A stretch of 64,000 nt of DNA from an uncultured Methylomirabilota bacterium (lineage in GTDB: Bacteria; Methylomirabilota; Methylomirabilia; Methylomirabilales; 2-02-FULL-66-22), in contig CAWJSJ010000005.1 of NCBI GenBank assembly GCA_963845565.1, positions 1 through 64,000 on the forward strand, in the 5' to 3' direction. The notes under the pieces were generated by a model, which worked only from the letters and a program-made list of their open reading frames with translations, had not been told where the DNA came from and made no database searches. Shown in pieces: positions 9,724-19,562 of the stretch. Both the position numbers and the translations under genes were made by a program. How positions within the stretch are numbered: the first letter of the stretch is position 1; each line of letters opens with the position of its first letter.

Positions 9724-11001
9724 ATGCTCGATATCCTCCTATTCTCCTTCTTTGTCCTGCTCATCGTGCTCACCGTGCCGGTCGGATACGCGCTCGGCAT
9801 TGCGGCGACGCTCTGGATCATCCTGGATGGCACCACGCCTCTTATCATGATCCCGCAGCGGATGTATGCCGGGATCGACAGTTTTCCCCTCATCGCGATC
9901 CCCTTCTTCATCCTAGCCGGCAAGATCATGGCTACCGGCGGCATCTCGGATCGCCTCATCCGGGTGGCCTCGGTCCTCGTGGGGATGTTCAAGGGGGGAC
10001 TGGCCTACATCAACATCGTGGCCAGCATGTTCTTTGCAGGCATCAGCGGGTCCGCTACGGCGGATGCGTCCTCGATCGGGTCCATCCTGATTCCCGCCAT
10101 GACCAAGAAGGGCTACGAGAAGGACTTCGCCGTGGCCGTGACCTCAACGGCCGCGGTCATCGGCATTCTCATCCCACCCAGCATCCCGATGGTGCTCTAT
10201 GGCATCATCATGAATCAATCCATCGGCGATCTGTTCTTGGCTGGGGCGATCCCGGGCATCCTCGTTGGCTTCGTGCTCATGGCGATCAGCTGGGTCCTGG
10301 CAAACAAGCGGAATTATCCCCGGGAGGAGCGGTATACCCTCCGCCAGAGTCTCGCGGTCCTGATGGATGGCATCCTGCCGCTGATGGCGGTGGTGATCGT
10401 GCTTGGGGGCATCATCGCGGGTATCGTCACCCCGACCGAGGCGGCGGTCGTGGCGGTGGCCTACGCCGTCATTCTGAGCTTCTTCCTCTACCGAGAACTC
10501 ACGTTCAGGGACATCCCCACCCTCCTCCTCGAGACGATTCTCATCAACGGCATCGTCATGCTCATGGTGTCCACCGCGACCGCCTTCAGTTGGATCGTGA
10601 CCAGCGAGGAGATCCCGAAACTCATCGGGCAGTTCCTTACCCAGACAGTGCACAGCAAGTTCCTGCTGCTCTTGGTGTTCAATGTCGTGCTCCTCATCGC
10701 GGGGTGCATACTGGATCTCACTCCCGCGATGATCATCTTTGTTCCGGTATTGGGACCGATCGCCATGCAGTTGGGAGTAGATCCGATCCACTTCGGCGCG
10801 ATCGTGGTCGTCAATCTGGGGATCGGCCTCTTCACGCCACCGGTCGGGGCGGTCCTGTTCGTGTGTTGCTCCATCGCCCAGATCAACATGCGCGAGGTAT
10901 TGCGAGCGTTCATGCCGTTCTTTCTCGGAATGCTGGCGGTGCTGATGCTTGTGACCTATGTGCCCGCCTTATCGCTGTGGCTGCCACGGGTCATGAAATA
11001 G
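9724..11001 (+). CDS. dctM: TRAP transporter large permease
   Basis: AIPFFILAG, ISGSATAD, IPPSIPM, TPTEAA, TPPVG. Confidence 0.95.
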   Translation: MLDILLFSFFVLLIVLTVPVGYALGIAATLWIILDGTTPLIMIPQRMYAGIDSFPLIAIPFFILAGKIMATGGISDRLIRVASVLVGMFKGGLAYINIVASMFFAGISGSATADASSIGSILIPAMTKKGYEKDFAVAVTSTAAVIGILIPPSIPMVLYGIIMNQSIGDLFLAGAIPGILVGFVLMAISWVLANKRNYPREERYTLRQSLAVLMDGILPLMAVVIVLGGIIAGIVTPTEAAVVAVAYAVILSFFLYRELTFRDIPTLLLETILINGIVMLMVSTATAFSWIVTSEEIPKLIGQFLTQTVHSKFLLLLVFNVVLLIAGCILDLTPAMIIFVPVLGPIAMQLGVDPIHFGAIVVVNLGIGLFTPPVGAVLFVCCSIAQINMREVLRAFMPFFLGMLAVLMLVTYVPALSLWLPRVMK

Positions 11002-11101
11002 GGGGAGTTTCCGCGATGGAGCGCCCGCGAGGGCAGTGAAGGCCGATGGATTTGCCATCCGACGAGGTCCGCCACTTCGGGTACGCAGAAGAGGAAGGCG
11101 A

Positions 11102-11536
11102 ATGGAGCCACAACCGAGCGATTGCTCCTATTGCGCGCGAGACGAGCGGCTGTCCAGCATCTCGATCGAGATCTGCAGACTGGAGACGTCTACTCTCTAC
11201 CTGTTCCGCGAGCAGACGTACCGGGGGCGGTGCGTCGTCGCTCTGAATACGCACGAGACCGAACTCTTCAGGCTGGATCCCGACACGCTGGGCCGGTTCT
11301 CCCGGGATGTCTCGCGGACCGCGGCCGCACTACAACGGGCCTTCGGACCGGACAAGATCAACTATGCGATTTACGGCGATCTGGCTCCCCACCTTCACTT
11401 TCACGTTGTCCCGAAGTATCGGAACGGTCAAGGGTGGGGCCAGCCGTTTGCCCTTCATCCGGTGGAGAAGCAGTATCTTAGCGAGGAAGGCTACCGAGAG
11501 GTCATCGCGGCCATCAAAGAACACCTGTCCGTGTAA
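11102..11536 (+). CDS. HIT-family nucleotide hydrolase
   Basis: N-terminal CxxC and histidine triad HLHFH. Confidence 0.9.
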   Translation: MEPQPSDCSYCARDERLSSISIEICRLETSTLYLFREQTYRGRCVVALNTHETELFRLDPDTLGRFSRDVSRTAAALQRAFGPDKINYAIYGDLAPHLHFHVVPKYRNGQGWGQPFALHPVEKQYLSEEGYREVIAAIKEHLSV

Positions 11537-11659
11537 TACCCCTCCCTCTGAAGTCTAGACGGGTTTCCAGTACCGATTGGCGCACTTTTTGGCCCCAGTG
11601 CCCACAGTTTTCCCCGGCCTTCGACAGATATAGTTACGCGCCTGTCTTGCGCCCCGGAA

Positions 11660-12412
11660 TCAGTCGCAGACGAGTCCACCGTTTACTTCGATGGTCTCTC
11701 CGTGGACGAAACGCGCCGCGTCCGAGGCGAGGAACGCGACGACATCCGCAATGTCTTCCGGCTCCGCGGGACGACCGAGCGGCGTGTTCTTGACGAGTGC
11801 ATCCCGAACGGCCGTGAGGTCCAGGCCGGCCATGATGCCGGTGTCGCTATGGCCCGGGTTGACGCCGTTGACGACGATCCCAAAGGCGCCCAACTCCTTG
11901 GCGAGTTTCTTGGTGATCGCCACGACGCCCCCTTTGGACGCGACGTAATGGATGCCGGAAAACGTTCCCCCGTTGCGCGCCGCGATTGAGGCGATGTTCA
12001 CGATGCGCCCGCGTGCCTGAGCCTTCATGATCGGGATCACGGCGCGGCAGCACAGGAAGACCCCCTTCAGGTTCACGCCCAGCACCCGGTCCCAGTCCGC
12101 TTCCGTGGTCTCCTCGGTCGGCGTGGATTTCCAGATGCCGGCGTTGTTCACGAGGATGTCCACCCGGCCATGACCGTGGGCGAGGGCGCATCGCACCATC
12201 GCCTCGACGCTTCCCGCCGACGCGACGTCCACGGCGCAAGGCGTTGCTTCGCCCCCCGCCGTGCGAATCAGGGCCGCGGTCTCCTCTGCGTGAGCCGCAT
12301 GGATGTCCGCTGCCACGATGCCCGCACCGTCCTGCGCCAACCGCAGCGCGATCGCTCGGCCGAATCCCTTGCCCGCTCCGGTCACGATGGCGGTCTTCCC
12401 AGCGAATCCCAT
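11660..12412 (-). CDS. Short-chain dehydrogenase/reductase (FabG-like)
   Basis: TGAGKGFG, NNAG, YVASK. Confidence 0.92.
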   Translation of the reverse strand: MGFAGKTAIVTGAGKGFGRAIALRLAQDGAGIVAADIHAAHAEETAALIRTAGGEATPCAVDVASAGSVEAMVRCALAHGHGRVDILVNNAGIWKSTPTEETTEADWDRVLGVNLKGVFLCCRAVIPIMKAQARGRIVNIASIAARNGGTFSGIHYVASKGGVVAITKKLAKELGAFGIVVNGVNPGHSDTGIMAGLDLTAVRDALVKNTPLGRPAEPEDIADVVAFLASDAARFVHGETIEVNGGLVCD

Positions 12413-12425
12413 CTCCGCTCCATAG

Positions 12426-12579
12426 CAGGCTGCTGAAAAAGGTCCATCTGCGGCGTTGGTCCGCCTCGCCACTCGCTGCGGCGTACCTCCAGTACGCCTC
12501 GCTCGGCCTTCGGCGGGCCGCCTTGCATCTGGACCTGTTTGAGCAGCCTGAAAAAGGTGGCCCTTTGCGTAGCTTGTTA
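12426..12579 (+). mobile_element. Repeat family R1 copy A (MITE-like)
   Basis: CAGGCTGCTGAAAA...TTTGAGCAGCCTG core (12426-12550) plus degenerate tail; six copies in window. Confidence 0.85.
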
Positions 12580-12907
12580 GCGCTCCGATATTCTGTGCGG
12601 ATTCCGCGATTGGGTTCGCAGGCCACCGATACGCATCCCGCGCCGAGGAATCGCGTCGCATGGTAACCCAAAGCTTGCTCCAACTCCAGTGGCCGAGTGG
12701 GGTGGGCCGCCGCACGGGTTTCTGTATCGCTTCGGAGAGTCATTCGCGAAAATTCGCTTGATAAATGAGTGCGGCCCAGAGTACGTTGTCCCACCCTACG
12801 ACACGTCACAAGGCCAGATTGTCGCTGATCGCCCGGGAGCCGCAAACCGATCTGCGAATGGCCCGTACATCCAACTGTCTCTCTGCACCGTCGAAAGGAG
12901 GACCGGA

Positions 12908-13919
12908 ATGAAGTCGCATCGCGTCTCATGGACAGTGGTGATGCTCGTCGCCGCGTTCGCTCTGTGTCAGATCGGATGGTCCACGGCCAATGCGCAAACG
13001 ATCCAGTTGCGGGTGGCCCTGCACATCGACGAGAAGCATCCGGTGTATCTGGGGGCCAAGCAGATGGCGACCAAGGTGGAGGAGCGCACCAAGGGGCAGG
13101 TGAAGATGACGCTCTTCCCCAACAATTCCCTCGGCTCGCCGCCGGAGATGATCGAGCAGGTCGTGCTGGGGACGCTCGACATGTCTCTCAACACCCAAGG
13201 GCAACTCGAGAACCACGTCAAGGCCTCGGCCACGCCGCAGATCCCGTTCATCTTTGACGATTACGAGCATGCCCACCGGACGATGGACGGGCCGGCGATG
13301 CAGTGGTTCATTCCCCAGTTCGAAAAGGCGGGCCTCATCTACCTGGCCAACTGGGAATGGGGATTCCGGAATCTGACCAATAGCAAACGGCCGGTGACGA
13401 AGCCCGAGGACGTCAAGGGATTGAAGATCCGGGTGCCCCCGGAGTTCCACCTCCAGGCGTTGTTCGAATCGTTGGGCGCGGTGGTGACGCAGATCGCCTG
13501 GCCGGAGGTGTACATGGCCCTGGCCCAGAACGTGGTGGACGGCCAGGAAAACCCGCTGAATGCCATCTACTACGCCAAGTTCTACGAGGTGCAGAAGCAT
13601 GTGGCCCTCACCCGCCATGCGTATTCCTGCCTGATCCCGGTCGTGAGCACCAAGACGTGGGCCAAGCTGAGCCCGGAGCAGAAGCAGATCCTGAAGGAAG
13701 AGGCCAAGCAGTTCCGGGGACTGGGTGCGCAAGGAATTGAACAACGAGGAGACTGACCTGATCGGCAAGTTCGAGAAGGCGGGTCTCCAGGTCACGCGGC
13801 CGGACCTCAAGGCCTTCCGCGGGGCCATCGGGTCGGCCAACGAGAAGATCTACAAGCGCTATGGCGAGGACAACGTCAAGACGTTCCTGAAGTTCGTCGA
13901 GGACGCCAGGAAGAAGTAG
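12908..13919 (+). CDS. dctP: TRAP transporter substrate-binding protein (apparent frameshift near 13710)
   Basis: LFPNNSLG, GLKIRVPP, VVDGQEN; C-terminus continues in ORF 13725..13919. Confidence 0.88.
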
Positions 13920-13940
13920 CGGAGGACGGAGACCGAATCC

Positions 13941-15233
13941 ATGATGACGGCCGCCATCTTCGCGGTGTTGCTCTTGTTCGTCATGTTGGGCCTTCCCATC
14001 GCCTTGTGCATGGGGGTGACGGCGGTGATCTTCTTCGTGGCGCTCGGGCAGGCGGACGTCCTGCTGATGCTCCCGGCCCGCATGTACTCGGGCACCACGA
14101 GCTTCACCCTCCTGGCCATCCCGTTCTTCATCCTGGCCGGCAACCTGATGAACACCGGCGGGATGACGCAGCGGCTGGTCCACTTCGCCCAGTGTCTGGT
14201 GGGACACATCCGGGGGGGGCTCGGCCACGTCACGGTGGTCACCAACATGATCATGGCGGGGATGTCCGGGTCGGCGGTGGCGGATGCGACGGGAACCGCC
14301 ACCATCCTGATCCCCGCCATGGAGAAGGCCGGATATCCCCGTTCCTTCTCGGCTGCCTTGGTGGGGGCCGCCTCCACCATCGGGCCCATCATCCCTCCCA
14401 GCATCCCCTTCGTGCTCTTCGGCAGCATCACCGGCACGTCGGTCGGCCGACTGTTCCTGGGGGGGTTCCTCCCCGGCGTTCTGATGGGGATCTTCCTGAT
14501 GTTCACGGTGGCCATCCTCGCCAAGCGGCGGGGGTACCGCCGCGAGGAGCGGGCGAGCCGCCGCGAGCTAATGATTGCGACCCTCCAGGCCACGCCGGCC
14601 TGGGGGGCCCCGATCATCATCATCGGCGGGATTCTCGCCGGCATCTTCACCCCGACCGAGGCCGCCGTGGCCGCCAGCATCTACGCGCTGATCCTGGGAA
14701 TGCTGGTCTACGGCGAGATCAAGCCGGCGGATCTCCCCCGGATCCTCTGGGAGACGGTCCAGAACACCATCCAGGTCCTGTTCATCGTCGCGGCGGCCAG
14801 CATTTTCGGCTTCCTTCTGGTCCGGCAGCAGGTCCCCATGGCGCTGGTCGAGGGGATGATGTCCGTGAGCTCGACCCCCTGGGTCATCCTCCTGGTCATC
14901 AATGTCATCCTGCTGATCCTGGGCTGCTTCATGGAGGCGATCGCCATCATGCTTCTGACCATCCCCATCTTTATGCCGATGATCACGCGGGTGGGGGTGG
15001 ACCCGGTGCACTTTGGGGTTCTCCTCACCCTGAATCTGATGATCGGACTCCTGACCCCGCCCGTGGGGATGGTCCTATACGCGGTGTCCAGCGTCAGCAA
15101 GGTCCCAATGTGGACGCTGGCCAAGGAGCTGAGCCCCTACATTCTGGCCCTGGCGGTCTGTCTCGGGTTGGTGACTTACGTGCCCGGTCTAGTGGTCTGG
15201 TTTCCGAACCTGGTCATGGGGGTGGCGAAATGA
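13941..15233 (+). CDS. dctM: TRAP transporter large permease
   Basis: LLAIPFFILAG, SGSAVAD, IPPSIPF, TPTEAA, TPPVG. Confidence 0.95.
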   Translation: MMTAAIFAVLLLFVMLGLPIALCMGVTAVIFFVALGQADVLLMLPARMYSGTTSFTLLAIPFFILAGNLMNTGGMTQRLVHFAQCLVGHIRGGLGHVTVVTNMIMAGMSGSAVADATGTATILIPAMEKAGYPRSFSAALVGAASTIGPIIPPSIPFVLFGSITGTSVGRLFLGGFLPGVLMGIFLMFTVAILAKRRGYRREERASRRELMIATLQATPAWGAPIIIIGGILAGIFTPTEAAVAASIYALILGMLVYGEIKPADLPRILWETVQNTIQVLFIVAAASIFGFLLVRQQVPMALVEGMMSVSSTPWVILLVINVILLILGCFMEAIAIMLLTIPIFMPMITRVGVDPVHFGVLLTLNLMIGLLTPPVGMVLYAVSSVSKVPMWTLAKELSPYILALAVCLGLVTYVPGLVVWFPNLVMGVAK

Positions 15234-15760
15234 CACCGCCGGGCGCCTCTTCCTGTTGTGCCCAGATGGATCGCCGCCTCGCCGCCGCCATGCGAGGTGT
15301 CTGCCTGGCCGCTTTCGCCCTGCTCATCGTTCTGGTGACGAGCCTGATCCTGATCCGCTTCATGCCGCTTTTCTCCCTGGGCTGGGCGGACGAGATCGTG
15401 GAGCTGTCCTTCGCCTGGATGACCTTCCTCGGCTCCGCGGTCCTTTGGAGGAGCCGAACCCACTTCCGGGTGGATCTGGTCCCGAGCATGCTGGCCGGCA
15501 CGCGGGCGGGGCAGGTCCTGGAGATCGGCCTGAGCCTGGTGTCGTTGCTCTTCCTGCTGATCTTCACCTACGAGGGGATGGTGCTCACGCTGCGGACCGC
15601 CACCCCCTCCCCGATCCTGGCCTGGCCGAAGGCCCTCTGGTACCTGGCCATGCCCATCGCCGGCGCCCTGATGGTGATGTACACGCTTCGGGATCTGTGG
15701 CACTACCTTCACGGCCGCATGAGCCTGGAATCGGAGGCCGTGCGCGAGGGGCACTGCTGA
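15230..15760 (+). CDS. dctQ: TRAP transporter small permease
   Basis: WADEIV, HFRVD, 4 TM; ATGA overlap with dctM. Confidence 0.85.
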   Translation: MTPPGASSCCAQMDRRLAAAMRGVCLAAFALLIVLVTSLILIRFMPLFSLGWADEIVELSFAWMTFLGSAVLWRSRTHFRVDLVPSMLAGTRAGQVLEIGLSLVSLLFLLIFTYEGMVLTLRTATPSPILAWPKALWYLAMPIAGALMVMYTLRDLWHYLHGRMSLESEAVREGHC

Positions 15761-15857
15761 GGTGCGGCCCCTCTCCCACCCGACGGCGCTCCGACAGCCG
15801 GCCGGCCCCCCGGCGCCTGCGCCCGATATCCGTAACCAGCAACGCACGAGGTGACCA

Positions 15858-17066
15858 ATGGAACCGAACTCCCACGAGCCCTGGCGTAAAGCCCACTGGC
15901 ACTGTAGCCCGCACAACTTCGATCCGAGCCTCCAAGTGCCCCCGCACCCAGTGGCCCTGCACGACATCACCGTGCGAGACGGCGAGGAGTGCGCCGACGT
16001 GGCGTTCACCGTGGACGACAAGGTGCGGATCGCCGAGGCGCTGGCGCTGGTCGGCATCCGGCGCATGGAGCTATTCCTCACGGTGCCCGGCTGGCTGGAG
16101 GCCGTGCGGGCCATCCTGCGGCGCAAGCTCCCGCTCGACCTCTACGTCACCTGGCATCCCGGCCGCGTGGAGCGAGCGCTGGAGCTCGGCGTCCGACACA
16201 TCATGGTCTGGTACCGCATCGGCGAGGAGCACCAGCGCTACGACCTCCGCCGGTCGCGCAAGGAACTGCTCGACCAGGCGGCGGACCAGATCGGCGCCGC
16301 GTGCAAGGCCGGGTGCAAGGCGAATCTCTTCCTGGTGGAAGGGACCCGCGCGACGCTGGACCAGGTGAAGGAAGCCGTGCTGGTCGGCAAACAGGCCGGC
16401 GCCTCGGCGGTCACCGTGGTGGACAGCTTCGGCGTGGCCCGGCCAGCGGCCGTCGGGTTTCTCGTCCGGCAGGTGCGCGAGTGGAGCGGGCTGGAGGTGG
16501 ACGTCCACTGCCACAACGACTTCGGGCTGTCCACGGCCAACGTGCTGGCCGCCTACGAGGCCGGCGCCACCGGGCTGAATGTGGCGGTGAACGGCCTGGG
16601 CTACCGGGCGGGGAACGCGGCGCTGGACGAGGTGGCGCTGGCCCTGGAGGTCCTCTACGGCGTGGACACGGGGCTCCGCCTGGAGATGCTCCCGTGGCTG
16701 GGCAAGGTCGTCGAAGAGATCACGGGCATTCCGCTCGACTACTTCAAGCCGGTCACCGGGAAGGGCGCGTTCAGCGTCGAGCAGTGGAAGACGGCGAGCG
16801 CCATGGAGGCGGCCGGCGTCCGGCCGTACGCCTTCCCCTTCGAGCCCGAACTGGTCGGCCGGACTCCCCGGGTGGTGGTCGGCAAGTGGAGCGACGTGGG
16901 GGCCGTGGCGAAGAAGCTGACCGACTACGGGCTCACGGCCTCGCCTGACGCGATCGGCCGCATCTTGGTGGAATGTCAGCGCGCCGGGATCGCGCACCAC
17001 CGCCCGCTCACCGACGACGAGTTCCTGGCCATCGCAAAGGAACACGGGGCCGTGGCGGCGGAGTAG
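15858..17066 (+). CDS. DRE-TIM metallolyase (homocitrate/isopropylmalate/citramalate synthase-like)
   Basis: DITVRDGEE, HCHNDFG, GLGYRAGNA; no LeuA regulatory domain. Confidence 0.85.
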   Translation: MEPNSHEPWRKAHWHCSPHNFDPSLQVPPHPVALHDITVRDGEECADVAFTVDDKVRIAEALALVGIRRMELFLTVPGWLEAVRAILRRKLPLDLYVTWHPGRVERALELGVRHIMVWYRIGEEHQRYDLRRSRKELLDQAADQIGAACKAGCKANLFLVEGTRATLDQVKEAVLVGKQAGASAVTVVDSFGVARPAAVGFLVRQVREWSGLEVDVHCHNDFGLSTANVLAAYEAGATGLNVAVNGLGYRAGNAALDEVALALEVLYGVDTGLRLEMLPWLGKVVEEITGIPLDYFKPVTGKGAFSVEQWKTASAMEAAGVRPYAFPFEPELVGRTPRVVVGKWSDVGAVAKKLTDYGLTASPDAIGRILVECQRAGIAHHRPLTDDEFLAIAKEHGAVAAE

Positions 17067-17220
17067 GCGGCTGCTGAAAACGGCCCATCTGCGGCGTTGA
17101 CCCGCCTCGCCACTCGCTGCGGCGTACCTCCAGTACGCCTCGCTCGGGCTACGGCGTGCCGCCTTGCAGCTGGGCCGTTTTGAGCAGCCTGGGCGAAAAT
17201 GGCTTTCTCGGTATCCTGCT
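17067..17220 (+). mobile_element. Repeat family R1 copy B
   Basis: GGCTGCTGAAAACGGCCCA...TGGGCCGTTTTGAGCAGCCTG plus tail; abuts TAG stop codon. Confidence 0.85.
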
Positions 17221-17254
17221 GGACGCTGATGCGGGATCCACAGGGAGGACGGTC

Positions 17255-18004
17255 ATGGAGCTGAAAGGAACGAGTGCCATTGTCACCGGGTGCACGGGCG
17301 GGCTGGGGCAGCGGATCTGCCGGGCCTTCGCCGAGAACGGCGTGCAGGTCGCCGGGGTGTATCAGCACTCCAAGGAACAAGCGGAGGCCCTGGCCAAGGA
17401 ATGGTCATCGCTAGGACCGCGTTGCATCGCCATCCAGGCCGACGTGACGCTGTCCGCAGAGATCCAGCGCATGGTGGATCAGGTGATGGCAGCATACGGC
17501 CGGGTGGACATTCTCGTGAACAACGCCGCCTTCAACCAGACGGTGCCGTTCAAGGATCTCGACGGCCTGACGCTAGAGCTCTGGAACAAGATCTTGTTGG
17601 CCAATCTGACCTCGCCCCTGCTCTGCGTCAAGGCGGTGGCGGCGATCATGCGAAAGCAGGGGCGCGGCCGGATCGTGAACATCGGCTCCATCGCCGGCCT
17701 GGCTCCGCTGGGGAGCAGCATGGCCTACGCCGTCTCCAAGGCCGGCATCATCCACCTGACCCGTTGCCTGGCGGTGGCCCTGGGGCCCGAGGTGGCCGTG
17801 AACGCGGTCGCGCCTGGCACGATGATGGGCACGCGGATGACGTCAAAGCTGGCCCCGGAGTTGGTGGAGCGGACCACCAAGTCCGCCGCCCTGCAGAGGC
17901 CGGTAGAGCGGGACGATGTGGCCCGGCAGATCGTGGAGTTCTGCCGGAGCGACAGCACCACCGGCCAGGTGCTCGTGCTGGATTCGGGTGTTGTGTATCA
18001 CTAG
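17255..18004 (+). CDS. Short-chain dehydrogenase/reductase
   Basis: TGCTGGLG, NNAA, YAVSK. Confidence 0.92.
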   Translation: MELKGTSAIVTGCTGGLGQRICRAFAENGVQVAGVYQHSKEQAEALAKEWSSLGPRCIAIQADVTLSAEIQRMVDQVMAAYGRVDILVNNAAFNQTVPFKDLDGLTLELWNKILLANLTSPLLCVKAVAAIMRKQGRGRIVNIGSIAGLAPLGSSMAYAVSKAGIIHLTRCLAVALGPEVAVNAVAPGTMMGTRMTSKLAPELVERTTKSAALQRPVERDDVARQIVEFCRSDSTTGQVLVLDSGVVYH

Positions 18005-18046
18005 CCCGCATCGTTCGCGAACGAAGCTCGCGAACGATGCGGGCTA
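18002..18046. repeat. Perfect hairpin overlapping SDR stop (could act as terminator)
   Basis: TAGCCCGCATCGTTCGCGA-ACGAAGC-TCGCGAACGATGCGGGCTA. Confidence 0.75.
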
Positions 18047-18193
18047 AAAAGAAACCCTTGGGGGCGGCGGTCCGGAACGGATCAGGCGCCGCCGGCCCAT
18101 GGTGATACCGCACCCATCCGGACGAATGGGTACCCGGTCCGCCGGCCACCACGTATCTTCCCGCTGCAGGCGAGAATGGCTGCTCGTCAGGTA

Positions 18194-18234
18194 AGCCCGG
18201 ATTATGCACGAATCCTTCGTGAATAATCCGGGCT
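18194..18234. repeat. Near-perfect hairpin, same family
   Basis: AGCCCGGATTATGCACGAA-TCC-TTCGTGAATAATCCGGGCT. Confidence 0.7.
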
Positions 18235-18417
18235 GAAGACTGACGCCGCGACGGCTGGGCGTGCTCTAGAAAAAAATTCGCGCATGCTCTTCCTGTTGTC
18301 GGCATAGGCGTCTATACTCTCAACATCCGGGAGGTTCGATCGCGTATCGTTCCCCCGCGAACCCTCCTTTGCTGATGAACTGGGCATACCGCGGCGGATG
18401 AGCCGCATGGGCCGCCC

Positions 18418-19383
18418 ATGAAACGGGAAACCCTCTACAGCCGCTCCAGCCGGTCGCGGCCGGCTGGCCGACCATCCCCCACAGCTCACCCGGAGGCGCC
18501 GGCGGTTCCGCCGCCCGGGGGCGCCGCCCAACCAACTGGCACGCCTCCCGGTCGGGGAGAGAGCCGGCGGCCCGCCCGGTCGGGACCGGCGTTCTTCCGG
18601 CGCCATGAGCGAACGCTGCTGGTCGTCGCCGGCGGACTGTTCGCCTTGCTTTTGGTATTTCTCCATTCGGCATGGACGCCGTCGCCGCGCGCGATCACTC
18701 AGCGTGACATCGACGCTGCGGTTCTGCACACGCTGGAGACCAAGCCCCTGCCCTCGGCCGCGGCGCGGGCGTACGAGATCATTCGACCCTCTGTGGTGCG
18801 CGTGCGCGGGTTGGGACATCAAGGCACCGACGAGGACGCAGACACCGAAACGGGCGTCGGGAGCGGGGTCGTCATCGTCGACAAGGGGATTATCCTCACC
18901 AACCTGCACGTCGTCGCCGGGGCCAGGCGGGTGACCGTGGTGTTTGCCGACGGGCTCGAGTCCGACGCCACGGTCGTCGGGCTGCAACCGGAGGACGATC
19001 TTGCGGTGCTCCAGGCGGCGAAGATCCCCGACGATCTCGCCCCGGCGACCATGCGCTCCACCAAGGACCTCGCGCCCGGCGACGAGGTGATCGCCGTCGG
19101 CTTCCCGTTCGGCATCGGGCCATCGGTTTCGGCCGGTGTGGTATCCGGTCTGCGGCGCGAGTTCCAATCTCCGCAAGGGAAGCGGCTGCTGACGAATCTC
19201 ATTCAGTTCGACGCGGCGGCCAATCCTGGCAGCTCCGGCGGGCCGCTGGTGACCACCGACGGCGCGGTGGTCGGGATCGTCACGGCGATCCTGAATCCGA
19301 ACGCGCAGCGGGTATTCGTCGGCATCGGGTTCGCCGTGCCCATCGAGAATGCGGCCTCCGCCGTGGGCATCCACCCCTTCTAA
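18418..19383 (+). CDS. Membrane-anchored trypsin-like (S1C) serine protease, no PDZ domain
   Basis: TM segment; catalytic TNLHVV, DDLAV, NPGSSGGP. Confidence 0.9.
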   Translation: MKRETLYSRSSRSRPAGRPSPTAHPEAPAVPPPGGAAQPTGTPPGRGESRRPARSGPAFFRRHERTLLVVAGGLFALLLVFLHSAWTPSPRAITQRDIDAAVLHTLETKPLPSAAARAYEIIRPSVVRVRGLGHQGTDEDADTETGVGSGVVIVDKGIILTNLHVVAGARRVTVVFADGLESDATVVGLQPEDDLAVLQAAKIPDDLAPATMRSTKDLAPGDEVIAVGFPFGIGPSVSAGVVSGLRREFQSPQGKRLLTNLIQFDAAANPGSSGGPLVTTDGAVVGIVTAILNPNAQRVFVGIGFAVPIENAASAVGIHPF

Positions 19384-19384
19384 C

Positions 19385-19535
19385 CGGCCGCTGAAAACGG
19401 CCCATCTGCGGCGTTGGCTTACTCGGGCACTCGTTGCGGCGTACCTGGAGTACGCCTCACTCGGCCCCTCGCACACCGCCTTGCGTCTGGACCGTTTTGA
19501 GCGGCCTGAGTTGAACGAACCTTGTGCAGTCTGCT
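19385..19535 (+). mobile_element. Repeat family R1 copy C
   Basis: GGCCGCTGAAAA...TTTTGAGCGGCC with compensatory changes; follows TAA stop codon. Confidence 0.85.
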
Positions 19536-19562
19536 TGTCAGGATCGGCACCGGAGAAGACGT

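Noticed and set aside
12413..12715. N-terminal extensions of ORFs 11660..12715, 17156..18004 and 33172..34869
   Set aside because: The extensions run through R1 copies; downstream ATG starts with an RBS fit the protein families
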